DNA from: Bulleidia sp.
Lineage (GTDB): Bacteria > Bacillota > Clostridia > Lachnospirales > Lachnospiraceae
Length of the DNA stretch: 64,000 nucleotides
NCBI GenBank assembly: GCA_963640245.1
Contig: CAVHYN010000042.1
Span: forward strand, 4,102 to 68,101
Direction of reading: 5' to 3'
A program made the position numbers and the translations under genes. A model generated the notes under the pieces. It saw nothing but the letters and a program-made list of their open reading frames with translations. It was not told the DNA's origin and searched no databases. Below, in pieces: positions 61,308-64,000 of this stretch. The first letter of the stretch is position 1. Each line of letters starts with the position of its first letter.

Positions 61308-62261
61308 TTATCGAAACAGGGCAGATGTCAAAAACAATAGTGGGATCGTCACCATACAGCAAATCGTGGTCACGAATACTGCCGTGGATGCATAATCCTC
61401 ATCCAAACTGTATTCGTTGGCAATCATGCAGCTTGTCGTCATCGAAGGAGCACCTGCGATCAGCATCACGACCACCCGCTCCGTCTCTGTCAGGAAAGAA
61501 CCCGTGACTGCATAAATCAGAAGCGGCATCAGATACAGCTTTGCAGCTACCAGAAGCCACAGGGTCTTTAGACAGCCAAGACTTCCTTTTTTCAGAAAGC
61601 AGATCGAACAGCCTATATAAATCATTCCCAGGCTGTAGCTGATATTTCCCACATTCGTGCAAACATCCAGCACAGGAGTCGGCAGGGTCACTGACAAGGA
61701 ATTCAAGGTTAGAATCAGTATGATGGAGATCAGGATCGGGTTGCACAGGCGTTTAAGCAGAATCCGGTACCAGGGCTCCCCTGCTTTTTCGATCCCTCTG
61801 GTAAAGAAATAAAGTCCCAGAGTCCAGACCATCAAGGTATCGACGGCCGAACAAATCGGAATGTATTGCTGTCCATTTTCCGGTGTATACAAGGCCATCA
61901 GGATCGGGATAACCACAAAACCATAGTTGTCACCAATCATGCATCCTATATGCACATTTGCCGTCCGAACCACGCGGATTCGAAGGAGCTTCACGCTGAG
62001 AAGGCCGGCCAGAGCAAGGAGAACATAGCTGAGCATCTGACCGATGACAATGCCATGAAAGTCTGCCAGATCACTCCAGGTCGTCCCCCGCTCGCAAAGA
62101 AGGGATACCGTCAGGCAGGGTAAAACTACTTTCAGCAGAAAGGCCGAAATGGAGGGCAGACAGCTTTGGGGGAATATTCCCACCTTCGAAATCAAAAAGC
62201 CTAGAGCAATCAGCAAAAAGAAGGTGACAAGCTTTGGGGCTATGATAATAAAATAATCCAT
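61308..62261 (-). CDS. AEC (auxin efflux carrier)-family transporter
   Basis: About 10 TMs; N.GF..IP, NPIL, PS.T and ASTAVFVTT motifs. Confidence 0.85.
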   Translation of the reverse strand: MDYFIIIAPKLVTFFLLIALGFLISKVGIFPQSCLPSISAFLLKVVLPCLTVSLLCERGTTWSDLADFHGIVIGQMLSYVLLALAGLLSVKLLRIRVVRTANVHIGCMIGDNYGFVVIPILMALYTPENGQQYIPICSAVDTLMVWTLGLYFFTRGIEKAGEPWYRILLKRLCNPILISIILILTLNSLSVTLPTPVLDVCTNVGNISYSLGMIYIGCSICFLKKGSLGCLKTLWLLVAAKLYLMPLLIYAVTGSFLTETERVVVMLIAGAPSMTTSCMIANEYSLDEDYASTAVFVTTICCMVTIPLLFLTSALFR

Positions 62262-62283
62262 GTTTTACTTCCTCGTCCGAAAG

Positions 62284-62324
62284 AAAAAAGGGAATCCTGT
62301 CCGAAAGGCGGACCGGATTCCCTT
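62284..62324 (-). terminator. Hairpin/terminator between the OPT and AEC genes
   Basis: AAAAAAGGGAATCC-TGTCCG-AAAGG-CGGAC-CGGATTCCCTT. Confidence 0.65.
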
Positions 62325-62358
62325 ATGTCAATTCAGACTCTTTCTAATATAATCTCTA

Positions 62359-64000
62359 TCAGTCTTTCTTTCCAACCAGTCCCAGTGTAGCGGTAAAGAA
62401 GCTGTAGATCGCAGCTCCTGCCAGTGCGCCTGCACCCAGGATGTTAAGGGTCTGCTCGTTCTCTTTATTTGCACGAACAGCTACCAGACGGATAATCAGA
62501 CCTACGGCAATGGTCAGACCATTGATGATGCTTCCTACCAGAAGTCCGGTAGCAAACAGGATACCCAGCTGACGCTTTCCGCCAAGAAGCTGGATGATTG
62601 CACCCGGAATAGCCCAGATAAGAAGCCATTTTGCGATCTCTCCGCTGGCTCCTGCGTCGATCGTAGCTACGAAGGTATTGGATACTGCTACGAACAGTCC
62701 CTGACCAAAGTATTTATTAGCAAAGAAGGCAACCATTACAAATGCTACTGCAAAGCCCATGAGCTCTGCGAAGTACTGCTGCTTACGTCCTTCCTTCTCA
62801 AGCTCCGGATTTGCTCCGCTTCCTCTTAAGATATATCCACACTTCAGATCATATGCCATATCCGAGAAGCAAGGACCTGTAGCTGCGGTAAAGCCTACCA
62901 GAAGGCCAAGAGCCAGAGCCGGGAAGCCCATCAGCATACCTACAATCAGGAAAATAAGAGCTGTAGCAAAGCCCGGGAACCAACCGGAATACATCGCGGA
63001 GATACCTACGATCAGCTCAGATGCTTCTGCTGCGAAGGCTGCAAAGATCAGCCAGAGGATGAACTGGGGTACGCTCATCTGTGTGATAATGCCGCCTACC
63101 ACTGCCAGAAACAGGGCAATAACCAGGTATGCACCAAAGCCTACACCCAGAGTTTTTTTCATATGTTCGCTGGTTACTACATTTGTACTGTCTACCGCCT
63201 TGGTTCCCTTGCTCTTCTTAAACAGAGCAATACCACACTGTACCAGGGAAATGATACCGGCACCGATCATAACACCATGTGCCATATACTGCAGCGGCAG
63301 ATGGTCGGTGTATACAAAGCCCTCTCCAAAGGCATTGGTGACAAAATTAAATGCATGTCCGAAGATAGCGAAAGAGAAGCCGTTTACCTTCAGAACGCCG
63401 ATAACCAGAGAGCCTGCTGCCAGGGCTGCCATCGCTCCGAAATCACCGAACCAGGAAACACCCAGAAGATCCATCGGAAGTCCTGCTACCTTACCAACCC
63501 AGCCGATGCCGATACCGACCAGAAGAAGGACTGCCTTCTTACCTTTTTCAATAACTGCCAGGATGGAATCTGCTGCTGCGACTCCGGGCGGCCATGCGCC
63601 TTCTGCCGGAAACATCTCAGATCCGAAGCAATTGTAAAGAATCGTTGCATCCACGCAGGTAGCCAGCATAACACCAACCAGCATCGGAAACATCAGCTCC
63701 GGATATCCCATGATAACCGGAATACCAATCGGAAGAATCATGCAGTTTGCTGCAGAGAATGTCGCTGCAGAGATCGATGTCTGCAAAAGATTCTGTCTGT
63801 GAATACTGCGATATTTTCTCAGAAAAGCTACCGGAATTCTGGAGAGCAGAATAGCAAACAGGGCGCCGATGATGGATGTATTCGGGGTTACTCCGGTACG
63901 GACAATCAGTTCCAGGCCGATGATACATCCGATCACAGCAAGTGGTAGTCCCAGAATCAATACCTGAGGATCATACGCCTTTGGATGTTCGGCTGCTGAA
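62359..64000 (-). CDS. OPT/YSL-family transporter (5' truncated)
   Basis: Frame open to the window edge; HRQNLLQT.IS.ATF, WPPGVAAA and DMAYDLKCG motifs; highly hydrophobic. Confidence 0.8.
   Translation of the reverse strand, partial: SAAEHPKAYDPQVLILGLPLAVIGCIIGLELIVRTGVTPNTSIIGALFAILLSRIPVAFLRKYRSIHRQNLLQTSISAATFSAANCMILPIGIPVIMGYPELMFPMLVGVMLATCVDATILYNCFGSEMFPAEGAWPPGVAAADSILAVIEKGKKAVLLLVGIGIGWVGKVAGLPMDLLGVSWFGDFGAMAALAAGSLVIGVLKVNGFSFAIFGHAFNFVTNAFGEGFVYTDHLPLQYMAHGVMIGAGIISLVQCGIALFKKSKGTKAVDSTNVVTSEHMKKTLGVGFGAYLVIALFLAVVGGIITQMSVPQFILWLIFAAFAAEASELIVGISAMYSGWFPGFATALIFLIVGMLMGFPALALGLLVGFTAATGPCFSDMAYDLKCGYILRGSGANPELEKEGRKQQYFAELMGFAVAFVMVAFFANKYFGQGLFVAVSNTFVATIDAGASGEIAKWLLIWAIPGAIIQLLGGKRQLGILFATGLLVGSIINGLTIAVGLIIRLVAVRANKENEQTLNILGAGALAGAAIYSFFTATLGLVGKKD

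Noticed and set aside
1..64000. CRISPR array, tRNA or rRNA genes, prophage
   Set aside because: No regularly spaced repeats, cloverleafs, rRNA-like tracts or phage structural genes were seen; intergenic gaps are short and accounted for.

Overview
Chromosomal window of a Clostridia-class Firmicute. Gene content and order suggest a Lachnospiraceae-like gut anaerobe (inference). Most genes lie on the minus strand. The core backbone is a nucleoside-type BMP/ABC operon, ppdK, adhE, M16 peptidase-era-recO-lipoprotein-glyQS, ptsI/ptsH, bioY, gap-pgk-tpiA, Rrf2-iscS-iscU-mnmA, DAHP synthase, xerD, proC, rny, recA-recX and asd. The unusual or accessory elements are: (1) a non-canonical type IV pilus-like cluster with a transglutaminase, converging on a GGDEF-REC-HD-GYP/Hpt pair; (2) a hypB - large Fe-S flavoprotein - hypA operon with no Ni enzyme in the window; (3) a yybP-ykoY (Mn2+) riboswitch in front of a Ca2+/Na+ antiporter; (4) a Dam-type methyltransferase fused in frame to an IS3-like transposase 5' end whose leader carries a 143-bp MITE with an 8-bp target duplication; (5) two inverted, covarying ~190-bp rod-shaped hairpin elements plus a fragment bracketing adhE; (6) an FCT-like sortase-B pilus island with a catalytically dead SipA between recX and rny; (7) a promoter-bearing structured candidate sRNA upstream of recA; (8) an OPT-AEC-nitroreductase fusion cluster at the right edge. 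No rRNA, tRNA or CRISPR array was seen. All calls come from reading motifs by eye; no database searches were run.
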